A stretch of DNA of 64,000 bases, taken from assembly GCA_001938485.1 (NCBI GenBank), contig MQRK01178878.1, positions 1-64,000 on the forward strand, read 5' to 3'. A model generated the notes under the pieces. The model saw only the letters and a list, made by a program, of their open reading frames with translations. It did not search any database and was not told the DNA's origin. A program made the position numbers and the translations under genes. This DNA is from Girardia tigrina. Lineage: Eukaryota. Positions 1-10,656 of the stretch are shown piece after piece. Position 1 is the stretch's first letter; each line of letters begins with the position of its first letter.

Positions 1-369
1 TTCTTAAATGAAATATTTAACATGAAAAAATATAGATAATTATTTGTTTAAATAATATCTATTTTAAAAAGTATTTAGTGAAAAATAAATTTTAATAGAT
101 TTGTGATTCGTTGTTACATCTATTTTTTAAATTTAACTTTTAATAAGTCTTAATTCAATAACTTATTTATTTTTCATATTGATGTTGAATCTCAATAAAG
201 AGTGTAAAACTTGATTGTCCTACAAGTTTTCTATGTCAATTATAAAGATACGTTGTTAGCTCCATATATTCTCATGTAAACATAAATTTCAAAACATGTC
301 GGTTATTTACTTACAAATAACATGAATTTTTAGTACTGTGAAATTAAAATTCCTTTTATGTAAAGAAAC

Positions 370-600
370 TTGATTCGATGATCTATTTTGCTTTTTGTTC
401 AAGGAATTTTTTGACATTTTTCTGGCAGCTTCATGATTTTGTGCTCATCGAAATTCTGGTATTTATCTGCAACATACTGAACAAAATGCGATTTAAAGTC
501 AATATCATTTCTGAGATTTTTACCAAAGAGTTTTGCAAAGCTTGAAATAAAGGGTAATGAGGTGGTGGATGCGACATCATAAAAGTTCCAATCATTAACT
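370..600 (-). mobile_element. Decayed mariner transposase 3' fragment
   Basis: Minus-strand translation gives remnants such as SHPP..YPLFQALQNSL and KIMKLPEKCQK, matching the mariner C-terminus (HPPYSPDLAPSDYHLFRSLQN...GIMKLPERWQK). Frameshifted; ends not defined. Confidence 0.5.
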
Positions 601-1534
601 ACAAGTTACCAAAGATGAAGCTTTGCATTTTGATAGTGGAACACAATTGCTTTGCAAATTGTCAATTATGGTTTACGAAAAAGATAAATAAAAAGATGAC
701 AATTTAAAAAGTTCAATTAGAAGCAAAACTAAAAAAGACAGAAAAAAAATAATATTACATGAAATTTCTATTAATTTTCGATTTGGACACCGATTTTGTT
801 TAACGTTTATCAATGAACATTAATGTAACTGAATGAGGCTAAATAATGATTCCTCTTTACAACCGATCACAAATGTCAAATAGGGGAAATTGGAAATTAT
901 CAGGGTATGTGCAAATATAGAAAGCAGGTTTGCTGTTGAGGCACGTCAATTGTGGACTGATGCCAGTGGCAAGTCGGATCAATTGATGGTGGATGTCTCT
1001 TCTGTCCGTTGAGAATTGAAACATCATTCAATTGGCGCTCAGTGATAATTATTGCATCCTTTTTACGGGGATTACTGTCATAAGTTTGAATCTTAAGCAA
1101 GACTATTCTGATTTAAAACATCCACCAAACTTCATTATTTCTTATAATTTATTATTGATTCATGCGTGAAGATCAATCAACAATTTATAATTATTTTGAT
1201 TTATCGATTAATAAATTGAATATAATATAATTAAAGATCTTTCAATAAAAATTTGATTCAACTGAACACTTCGCAACGGATGAACTGGTTTGTATCTGTA
1301 ATAAATTTAATGAAAATTGTCTGTTCTTTTCCTGTCTTTAACAGATAACAAACAGCTTATGCCTCATAATTGTGAAATATGTTCATGTTCTTCAACAAAA
1401 CATTCAAGAGTTATTAATGGTAATTAAAATGTTACAAATAAATTTTTGTACAGGGTTGTCTAATAAGAGGTGATATTTTGATATTCAAAGAAAAATCCAT
1501 TTTTATAAAAGAAATGATCGGATATTTATATATA

Positions 1535-2800
1535 TTAGGTTGGTCGAAAAATAATGGCGGTTTTTGAGCTTTATACTTTGTTTATCTACTTTGATATGTA
1601 TATAAGTTTAAATGCATTAGTGTTAGATATTATTTGAAATNNNNNNNNNNNNNNNNNNNNNNNNNNNNNNNNNNNNNNNNNNNNNNNNNNNNNNNNNNNN
1701 NNNNNNNNNNNNNNNNNNNNNNNNNNNNNNNNNNNNNNNNNNNNNACGAATTTAAACTGGGTCGTAAAGCAGCAGAAACGGCTCGCAATATCAATAAAGC
1801 GTTTGGCAAGGGAACAGCTTCTGAGCGCACAGTGCAACGATGGCTCCGAAAATTTTCTGATGGAAATGAAAACCTTGAAGATGAAGGTCGTGGTCGTATA
1901 GTTGCTGTGAAAACGACAATTTGAGGACAATGGTGGAAACAGATCCACGTACAACAATCAGAGAACTTGCAGATGGGTTGGGCATTAGTCATTCAACAGT
2001 CTTGGATCATTTAAAACAACTTGGAAAAATCAAGAAACTTGATAAATGGGTTCCACATGATTTGAATGAAAATCAAAAGAACCGACGCTATGCAATTTGT
2101 TCTGCTAATAATCTTCGCAATAAAAACGATCCATTTCTTGATCGTATTGTTACCTGTGATGAGAAATGGATCCTGTATGATAACCGATGTCGATCTGCAC
2201 AGTGGTTGGACAAAGATGAAGTACCGAAACACTTTCCAAAACCGAAACTAACACCCCGTAAGGTTATGGTGACAGTTTGGTGGTGTGATGCTGGAATCAT
2301 CCACTATAGTTTCTTGAATCCAGTTGAAACAATCACAGCGGAGAAGTACTGTCATGAAATTGATGAAATGCATAAAAAATTGAAAACCATTTGTCCGGGA
2401 TTGGTCAATTGAAAAAGTCCCATCCTACTTCATGATAACGCTAGACCTCATATTTCAAAAGTGACTCTTCAAAACTTAATGAGTTTGGCTATGAAATCCT
2501 GCTTCATCCACCATATTCACCAGACCTCTCGCCAACGGACTTCTACTTTTTCAGGCATTTGTACAACTTCCTACGTGAAAAAATTTTCAAAAACCAAAAT
2601 GATGCTCAAAATGCCTTCCAAGAATTCGTCGATTCGAGAACCGATGCATTTTATGCTGATGGAATAAAACAACTTGTTTCTCGTTGACAAAAATGTATTG
2701 ATGCCAACGGTTCATACTTTGATTAATAAACTTTTGTTTTCTGTGAATTTGCACGTCTTTGAAGTTTGTATCCCAAAACCACCATTATTTTGCGACCAAC

Positions 2801-2804
<4 letters not shown>
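1535..2804 (+). mobile_element. Full-length, inactivated mariner (cecropia/Hsmar1-like subfamily, DD34D)
   Basis: 30-bp TIRs TTAGGTTGGTCG(A/C)AAAATAATGG(C/T)GGTTTT with 2 mismatches and flanking TA; about 1.27 kb. Transposase motifs WVPHDL, VTCDEKW, HDNARPH, HPPYSPDLSPTD. Stops at about 1922 and 2410 plus a frameshift; N gap 1641-1745. Confidence 0.95.
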
Positions 2805-2853
<49 letters not shown>

Positions 2854-2940
2854 AATAAGATGNNNNNNNNNNNNNNNNNNNNNNNNNNNNNNNNNNNNNN
2901 NNNNNNNNNNNNATATATATATATATATATATATATATAT
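2805..2940. repeat. (TA)n microsatellite split by an N gap
   Basis: Direct observation. CCAATAAGATG occurs on both sides of the gap, suggesting assembly redundancy. Confidence 0.9.
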
Positions 2941-3789
2941 CCAATAAGATGTGTTATTCTGAATAGTTTGATATTTCGGTAATTGTCACTTTTGAAGCTG
3001 TCATTTTTTGACATTTGAGAAGTAGAAATTACGCCATTAATAACAACGGAACGATATCAAATTTAGATTCATCATAACTATAGGAAGATCGTTCACCTTT
3101 TGACATCATTTCAATTGGTTTTTATTTCTATATTTTTAATAATGATTGTGAAGGACAGGTTCACTCTTAAAATTTTTGAAAAAATTAATTTTTATAAATA
3201 ATCTCTAAAATAAGGAAATATTTAAAATCAAAAATTTTCTAAACAATTATAACTAAAAAAATAAGTTTAAAATGATAAATATCTTTGTAAAATAATTACA
3301 CCAATTCAACTTGTATTTTAAATTCGTAAATTGTATTTCAAATAAAAATTTGGTGTTAATGAATCTTAATTTTGATCAAGAACCCAACAATGATTATTCG
3401 AACATTTTTATCTAAATCTTTCTAAAATATTTAATTTCCAAAAATATTTATTAAAATTAATAATTTTAACTATTTCTTTATAAAAACTCAAAATAATAAA
3501 AATATATTATCAAATTATAAAAAAGAATTAAATTTTAATTTCTTAATATTAAACATAGAAATATAATTTAATTAAAATATTTAAATTTTATTAATTTATT
3601 TTACACTCATTTAAATGGTTTTCTTTTTTTAATATTAAATTTCATTTTAATATGCTGATTTCGAAAATTTAAATTTATCAGATTATTATCATTTCGTTAT
3701 TATTATTTTAATTATGTTCGAATAGTCAGTCACCATAAATACAAAAAATATATATATTTCTATCTAGATAGGATAATCACCATTCTAAG

Positions 3790-4307
3790 TGTGAGGAATA
3801 TGCGGTGTGTAATTGTTTTTTTGTAGTGTTTGCATGTTTAAATGTAGTTTGATTTTGGATTGTGTCTCTCCTAATCAGATGGATTATCAATATTTTAATT
3901 ATTATAATCTGAAACTAATTTATTTAAATTTAGATTTAATATTCAAATTTTTAATTTTTATTATTGCAACTTTTAAATAATTTTAATGATTTCATTTTTG
4001 TAAATTTTTAAATAATTAAAATCAAATTAATGTTTAAAAATGACTATAGAAATATTTTATTTCAGCCAATCAAATTTAAATTAAATATTTTTAAATAAAG
4101 TGGTCTTCTCAAGTATAGTTCAGATTATAATGAGATATTGAGAATTGAGTGATGGATTCTAGTGAGAGCAATACTATTGATAAAGATGATAAGAAATGTG
4201 AATGTAATAAATGTTCTGTCAAATATGTGAGTTCTCTTAACAATACTCAAATCAGCATACTGCATTCTGACATTCACACATTCATACAATTTATAATATT
4301 CCTCAGA
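3790..4307 (+). repeat. Member of a dispersed LTR-like repeat family beginning TGTGAGGAATAT
   Basis: Starts TGTGAGGAATAT and ends ATATTCCTCAGA. Shares the CTCC(C/T)A..CAGATGGA motif with copies at 20271+, 33354+ and 17657-. Confidence 0.5.
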
Positions 4308-4516
4308 CTGAATCGAAAAATAATTTTAAAAATAAAAAATACAATAATAAAAGCAGTTCTGAAAAAAAACGTATATTTAAATTTCTTTATTGTATAAAAA
4401 TATACAAATTATTTCTTTCAATTGTGTCATAATATATAAATATTGTTTTCGAAAAATATTACAATTTTTTTAAATAATTTATTTATTACAAAAAAATATT
4501 TAAAAAAAATTTAGAC

Positions 4517-4559
4517 ATTCTCACGGCGATATCTGATAGTCCTGTTGCGACTGATTCAA
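4517..4559 (-). pseudogene. Diverged copy of the 3' end and splice donor of the GALNT coding exon
   Basis: About 31/40 nt identical to 5512-5551. Reads LNQSQQDYQISP|gtgaga versus LNRSLPDYRITP|gtgaga. Confidence 0.55.
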
Positions 4560-5519
4560 CTGAGATGATATCGAAAATTATTCAGAAAACAAAATAATTA
4601 GAAAAAAAAATATTTCAGAAAAAAACGCATATTCAAAATATTTTTATTATATAAAAAATGAATTATAAAAATATTTTGTAATTAATTTTTCAATAAAAAT
4701 TTTTTAAAAAATTATTTAATTATCAGAAAAAAATCTTTAAAATTAAAAATTAAAAATTTATTATTACAAAATAATAATTATATCAATATTGTTACTAAAA
4801 TATTAAAATTTTTATTAATTGAAAAAAGATAAGTCGAAAAATTTAAATTTAAATGTATGTTGGACATTCATTTTTTGGAAAAATTTTTATTTAATTATTT
4901 TTTTAATTTTAAAAATATTTAATATTTTAATTTAATTCTAAAAAAATCTTTTTTCAATATTTTTTGTAAAAAAATTGATAAGTTTAATAATTCAATAAAT
5001 TGTTTTAAGTTAATTAACGATTTTTTAGATTTTTTTTAAATATTTGTTTTTTTAATTTTTTCAGTTAATATTTGATAATTTTAAAATATTTTTCCTGGAA
5101 TGAAAAATAATTATCTCTTTTTAAAATTTATTATTTGTTTAATTATTTGATTTTGAGTATTTAGAAGAATCGATTTTTTATTTTAAAAAATAAGAGTGTA
5201 ATTATAAAAGAATTAAAATAATAAACTTAAATAAATATAATGTGCAAAAATGACTGTTCATTATACCGTTTAAGTTCATTTTTCCATAGATTTACACTCT
5301 TAAACCGATGGGGACCGATAACCAAATCCACCCAATAATTTATTGATCAAAAAAATCTATAAAATTAAAAATTAAAAAATATTACTTCTTTATTAATTTA
5401 AAATTTATTAATACAAAAAAATAATTAATTAAATATTTCAACTTTTTCAAAAAAAAATAATTTTTATTCAATGAAAAATTAAAACAAAATATAAAGAAAG
5501 AAAATCGAGAAATTCTCAC

Positions 5520-5962
5520 GGCGTTATCCGATAATCGGGCAGCGATCGATTAAGGGACACCAAATCGCTCGCCACCAAATTGAACTGATGAATCGCGAAC
5601 TTCTTCTTGGCCTCGTCCTTCAGATGATCGGGAATCGCGACCGCTCGACCCATCTCTCCCGGCCCCTCGGGCCCGAGATCGATGAACCGATTGATGAGCC
5701 GCTTCAAGAGACTGCGGGACGGAGCCGGACCTGAATCCACACGAGAACATCAACACCCACCAGTCGATATCCACGATAATCGCTCACTCTGGCCGCTCCT
5801 CAAATCGGTCGTACCGATCAATCTTTCGGCACCTGACAAGTTTCCGTTGCTCGAGTCATCTCTGCACGAGTTGTAAATTAGAAACAACGATTGAACGCAA
5901 ATCCAGAACAACGATGTCAATACGATCACTTTTATCGTGTACCATTGTAAATGTTTACGCAT
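5520..5962 (-). CDS. GALNT1: Polypeptide N-acetylgalactosaminyltransferase (GALNT1/13-like), 5' coding part: TM anchor, stem and start of catalytic region; downstream exons not found in the window
   Basis: MRK...KVIVLTSLFWICVQSLFLIY type II anchor, then GPGEMGRAVAIP...FAIHQFNLVASDLVSLNRSLPDYR, typical of GALNT1/13. Phase-2 donor GTGAGA at 5519. The in-frame TGA at 5752-5750 needs a small intron ending at the TTCAG acceptor (5731). Confidence 0.9.
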
Positions 5963-8738
5963 ATTTTGCAGTTTATTTTTTGGTTTTAATATTTTTATTA
6001 GTAGTATTAATAATCTTTTGTTGATTTAGTCACGAGAATCTACAATTACAGAAAATCCGAAATTTAATACTTCAATATCAACATATAAATGTAGATTTAT
6101 TAATATTGAATCGATAGATAATTATTACGATTGATTTGTTGAGATAATTTATAGCGATATTTAAATTATATTAATCATAATTGATTTTTTGAATCTAGAG
6201 AAAATAGAGCGTTTTATTTGAAATGTATTTGGAAAATGTTTTGATTGATTTAAAGAAATGTTTGAGTTTATCGTGTTTTTCTATTATTGGAAAAATATAA
6301 ATTTTTTGGAAAGGATTTTATTGAAATTTTTACGTAAAATAATTCGTCTTGTGGTTTTAAAATTTTTGTGTTAATTTATTCTGTTTTTTTTTCTTTGACA
6401 GATTTTCAAATTTTCTTTTCTTATTATGATTTCTCTGTGTTCTATTCATAGAATTTTTGTTAGATCTTCAGAATTCAAAAAAATCCAGAATATTTCCATA
6501 TTGCTTTTTAATTTAGAATTGAGATAATTTTAAATTAATAATTTTCGAATTAATTTATTTTCCACAAGAAAATTTTAAGAATGTGGAAGGTGAGTTCTGA
6601 AAATCAATATATTTTTTGAAAATTCTTGATGAAAAGATACAACAAAATAAACTCTAATTAATAAAAAATCCTTAAAATATATTTGTTAAGACATTAGACC
6701 ACAGATTTTAAACTCATTACAAATTGATATAGCACATTTGGATTTTAAGTTTTTGTTCTGTTATTTATAAACACAGTATGATGTAGTGATGTAGTATGAA
6801 GCCTTTTCCATTGTGAATAATTTAATATTTACATAGAAGATGTAAACATATTTCATTAGCCGGTAGTAAATCATCTGAACTTTTGTTTCCAGAAATTCGA
6901 ACATAAATTTTCTCTCGTTGGTTTTTTAAAAAAAATATAAAATTCATGCGCACCGATTTCACTAAGAAAATTTCCAAAATGGACTAACAAATAAAAAATA
7001 TCAAATCTCGATCGAAATTTAAATTGATTGGATTTAAATCAAAGAAAAATTAATTATTTAACTTAAAATTTCATTAAAATAATTTTGTTTAATTAGTAAA
7101 AGACGACAATTTCGAAATCACAGAAAAACTTTAACAAAATTTCTCTTCGCTTATCAAATAACAACAATTGTCTATTTCAAAATTTTTTTGTCAGGACTTG
7201 CGTTTTTATCATAGCGTCAATATTTTTGGAGACTTTTGGAACATTTACTGACCTCTACATATATACTATATTGTGATCCAGTGAGATATATTTTTACACA
7301 GTTATACAATTGTTAAATCAAGAAACATAATATTTGAGTATTGGAAACAGATTTTTTAAAACCGCTTCCGAAACTGAGTAAACAAATGTGACTAATTACA
7401 CTGAGAGAAAATCTTGATCACACTTATAAGAGATCAAATACCTGAGTAGGGGGAATTCCAGAAGTCATGAATGGTTGTGGTGAGCACAATTTTTTCTTGT
7501 TACGTTCCGATTTCAGCGTTAATGCTCGTATACGGTACAAAAATTATCACACAAAAAAACCATACTTTCATATCTTATGGAAAGTCCAGAAAGATTGAAC
7601 TGACGCTCCCATGACGAAGATAAAAGTATTAAACAATAAAATTAACCTTTAAAGAATTTCCATGATGGACTTTGAGTAGATAAAGGGTGTTTCGTAAAGT
7701 ACGCAGTTTAAATAAATGCAATAAATCAGCCAAAATGGAAGAAAATTTAAAATTTTTATTTAATTTCATTCAAAATATACTTTGATCAAGGGCGGATCCA
7801 GTGGACAAGTCTGGGTGGATATTTTTTTATAAATAAAATTACTAAAATTATAGTAGTCCGTTTAAAGTATTTTATTATCAAAGTATATATAAAAAACCAC
7901 ATTCCTGTTTGGAATGCTTATCGTTATCCTCGGATAATAGACGAACTCTCCGAGCTAGAGTCGTTCATTGAGTGCATTACTCGCATCTTCTCTCTATCCT
8001 ACTTCTGGTGCATCTGCCGTAAACGTTGTAGCAGCAATAGTCGCTGCATTTGACGTTTCTGCTCCATGTCAGAGTACAATACTTGAAATTGAAGACAATA
8101 AACACGCATCTAAGATTTTTTGTTGTCGTCTCTGAAAACTTTAATGTTTTGATTGTTGTTTCTTTTTCACTCGGCTTGGAACCCAAACAACCTACCACAA
8201 TGGTGCCCAGTAGACTTTTCTATCCTTGGCGTTACTTTTTTGTCTCCTCTTTCAGCTTTTTCTATTTCACCTAATTTTTCTTTCTTGCTTTCTTAAGAAT
8301 TTTAAGCGTGCTATATGGTGCTTTGGATACGCCGACTTTACTGCGGTGACTTTACCGCGGACGACTTTACCGCGGACGACTTTACAGCGGGCGACTTTAC
8401 CGCAGAAAATTTACAACAAAAATGTCAATAAGTGAACAATGTCATCTAAAATATGAATAAAAAATTTTAATTATGTTATGGTAATACAATGAATCATATA
8501 CGGGTTTAATTTTAAAACATAAATGGATAGAAAATTTCAGATCGACATTTAATTATTCTTTTTAATATAAAAAATAAACAAACAACATACGAAAAATAAG
8601 TAAATTCCAAATTTCAAAAATTCAAATAACATTCTAGAACAAATGAATAATACACCAAAAAATGTGATGTGTAAATAGAAGAAAGATACAAAAACATTAA
8701 ACTGATAAATTAAAATAATGTAATAGTAAATATATACT

Positions 8739-10304
8739 TTAATCCAAAAAGTTTAAATTATGAGCAACACCTCTAAGATAATCCAATATTGGTAAATTGT
8801 TGTATTGCTCAACGACACGTTCAATCCTCTCACTTACTTTGGCATAAATTTGCGATGAGAATTGTGGGAATTCTTCACCTGCTCTAATGCGCTGCAAAAT
8901 TAGTTCAACAAAATCTTGTGCAGTACGAAATTGATTTATCAAACTATAAACAGTTGGGCGATTGCAAGCAATAGAATTTTGAAACGCACGATGCCAACCT
9001 TCTATTGCATTGTTTGTGTGTGGTAGATGAGAAATAACGCGGTCATATACATTCCAACACTGAATTGAATATCGAGGACGTAATCTTCGTTCTCCACGAG
9101 CACGGCCAATATATGTATCCTCAAAATATGCAAAGACATTATCCAGTTCTGGATAATCATTAGAAAGAACAAGTAAAGTCAAAAAGGCAGTGATAACATC
9201 ATTCACAGGAACAAACGCTAAAGCCATCAGTGATTTCAGAATGGTTCTAATTTTATCATTGTTTAAATACAGATCCGGAAGATTTGATGTTTTTTTTATT
9301 TTTTTCCAAATTGATTGGTTCAGATGAAAAAAACAACCTTTAACAGTAGCATTGCAAAATACAGTAGAAACAGCATTCATTGCTCCTTGTTCAAAATCCA
9401 TCATAATAGTTTGTGGATTTAAATTTGGTTGTTGTCTTAAAAGCTCTTCAAACAAACGAGTATAATTTAATTGAGTTTTATTGGTCATCAATGCATAAAC
9501 AAGAGGGAATACTTTGTTTGATTTTAAAGCATGTATAGTATAGAGTTGGTAAAATAATCGAGGGGCGACAGATAATGTCCCATCCATAAACCAATTTTCA
9601 CAAGAAGCCATCAGATTTATGTTTGCAGTTGTACTGAAGAGCATTATCCGGTTAGTATCATTAGATCCGGAATCGTATATCAAAAAAGATTCATTTCTAG
9701 TTGTAAACCTCAAATTTTCAAGGATATTTATTTCTGAAAGATGATTTGGATTTGGCCAAGGAGCATTCTCTTGTTTTCGTTTTCGTTGAATTGCACGTTG
9801 ACTAGAGCGATAACTTGGAAGAAATATTGCAGTGTCAAGTGGAATCCCAGTCCTAGATTTCTGAATAATTTGCCTCGGGGCCTCTACTGTCTGCGATGCA
9901 CGAGTTGCAACCACCTGAGCAATGTGCCTAGCGACAACTTTACCTGGTTCAGGAGCATGATTATGCTCAGTCGGGTGACCTACAATAATAGATGCTTCGT
10001 TGTTGTTTGAAGTACGAATTCTTCCTTTACATTTATGTTGTTCATAAGCAACACAGCGCCAGGATTTTCCATCTATGGATTTTAAATCATAATCAAAGCG
10101 ATNNNNNNNNNNNNNNNNNNNNNNNNNNNNNNNNNNNNNNNNNNNNNNNNNNCGAATTCTTCCTTTACATTTATGTTGTTCATAAGCAACACAGCGCCAG
10201 GATTTTCCATCTATGGATTTTAAATCATAATCAAAGCGATAAGAATAACCTGCATACGCAACAATCGGATTCCCAGATTTTGAAGTAAAGAATTGAAGAT
10301 TCAT
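8739..10304 (-). CDS. FLYWCH zinc finger plus MULE DDE transposase, open frame (about 475 aa after removing gap-associated redundancy)
   Basis: WRC..C..H.H FLYWCH pattern; WFMDGT, IMMDFE, GCFFH (CxxH) and TNNAIEGWH motifs. 10015-10102 is repeated at 10153-10240 across the N gap. Confidence 0.9.
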   Translation of the reverse strand: MNLQFFTSKSGNPIVAYAGYSYRFDYDLKSIDGKSWRCVAYEQHKCKGRIXXXXXXXXXXXXXXXXXXRFDYDLKSIDGKSWRCVAYEQHKCKGRIRTSNNNEASIIVGHPTEHNHAPEPGKVVARHIAQVVATRASQTVEAPRQIIQKSRTGIPLDTAIFLPSYRSSQRAIQRKRKQENAPWPNPNHLSEINILENLRFTTRNESFLIYDSGSNDTNRIMLFSTTANINLMASCENWFMDGTLSVAPRLFYQLYTIHALKSNKVFPLVYALMTNKTQLNYTRLFEELLRQQPNLNPQTIMMDFEQGAMNAVSTVFCNATVKGCFFHLNQSIWKKIKKTSNLPDLYLNNDKIRTILKSLMALAFVPVNDVITAFLTLLVLSNDYPELDNVFAYFEDTYIGRARGERRLRPRYSIQCWNVYDRVISHLPHTNNAIEGWHRAFQNSIACNRPTVYSLINQFRTAQDFVELILQRIRAGEEFPQFSSQIYAKVSERIERVVEQYNNLPILDYLRGVAHNLNFLD

Positions 10305-10536
10305 GCTGAAAAAAGTGTGACAGAAAATATTTTATGAAATTTATAATATTTTAAGGTATATTTTTAAAGGTATATTAACGTAAATGGAAAATTTTATAAT
10401 AAATATTATATTTGAATAAAGTATTATTCGGTAATAATGGCAAAAAATATCTTAATAAAAAAATTTAAGAAAATTGAATATATTTAATTATTTAATATCA
10501 ATATTAAAAATTTTTAATATTTTATTCTGAAAAAAT

Positions 10537-10656
10537 CCGCGGTATAGTCGCCCGCTGTAAAGTCACCCGCGGTAAAGTCGCCCGCGGTAAAGTCGTCCGC
10601 GGTAAAGTCGCCCGCGGTAAAGTCGCCCGCGGTAAAGTCGTCCGCGGTAAAGTCGC
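10537..10656. repeat. 8 x 15-bp subterminal tandem repeat of the MULE (inverted partner at 8332-8405)
   Basis: CCGCGGTAAAGTCG(C/T) units seen directly. Confidence 0.95.

Noticed and set aside
900-1100. 66-aa minus-strand ORF as the next GALNT exon
   Set aside because: No GalNAc-T motif (expected CK...LP..SVII.FHNE); the next exon was not found in the window.
1451-3075. Tc1/maT-like ends at about 1451 and 2941 as one element enclosing the mariner
   Set aside because: Both ends are in the same orientation and too short to define an element.
5750-5752. Selenocysteine or readthrough at TGA in a GGC*C context
   Set aside because: It lies in a non-catalytic stem region, good in-frame splice sites explain it more simply, and no SECIS can be assessed.
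10015-10240. Tandem duplication of the FLYWCH domain
   Set aside because: Identical sequence on both sides of a 50-N gap; almost certainly assembly overlap.
10537-10656. CRISPR-like array or RLYRG-repeat protein
   Set aside because: Contiguous 15-mers without spacers; these are MULE subterminal repeats.
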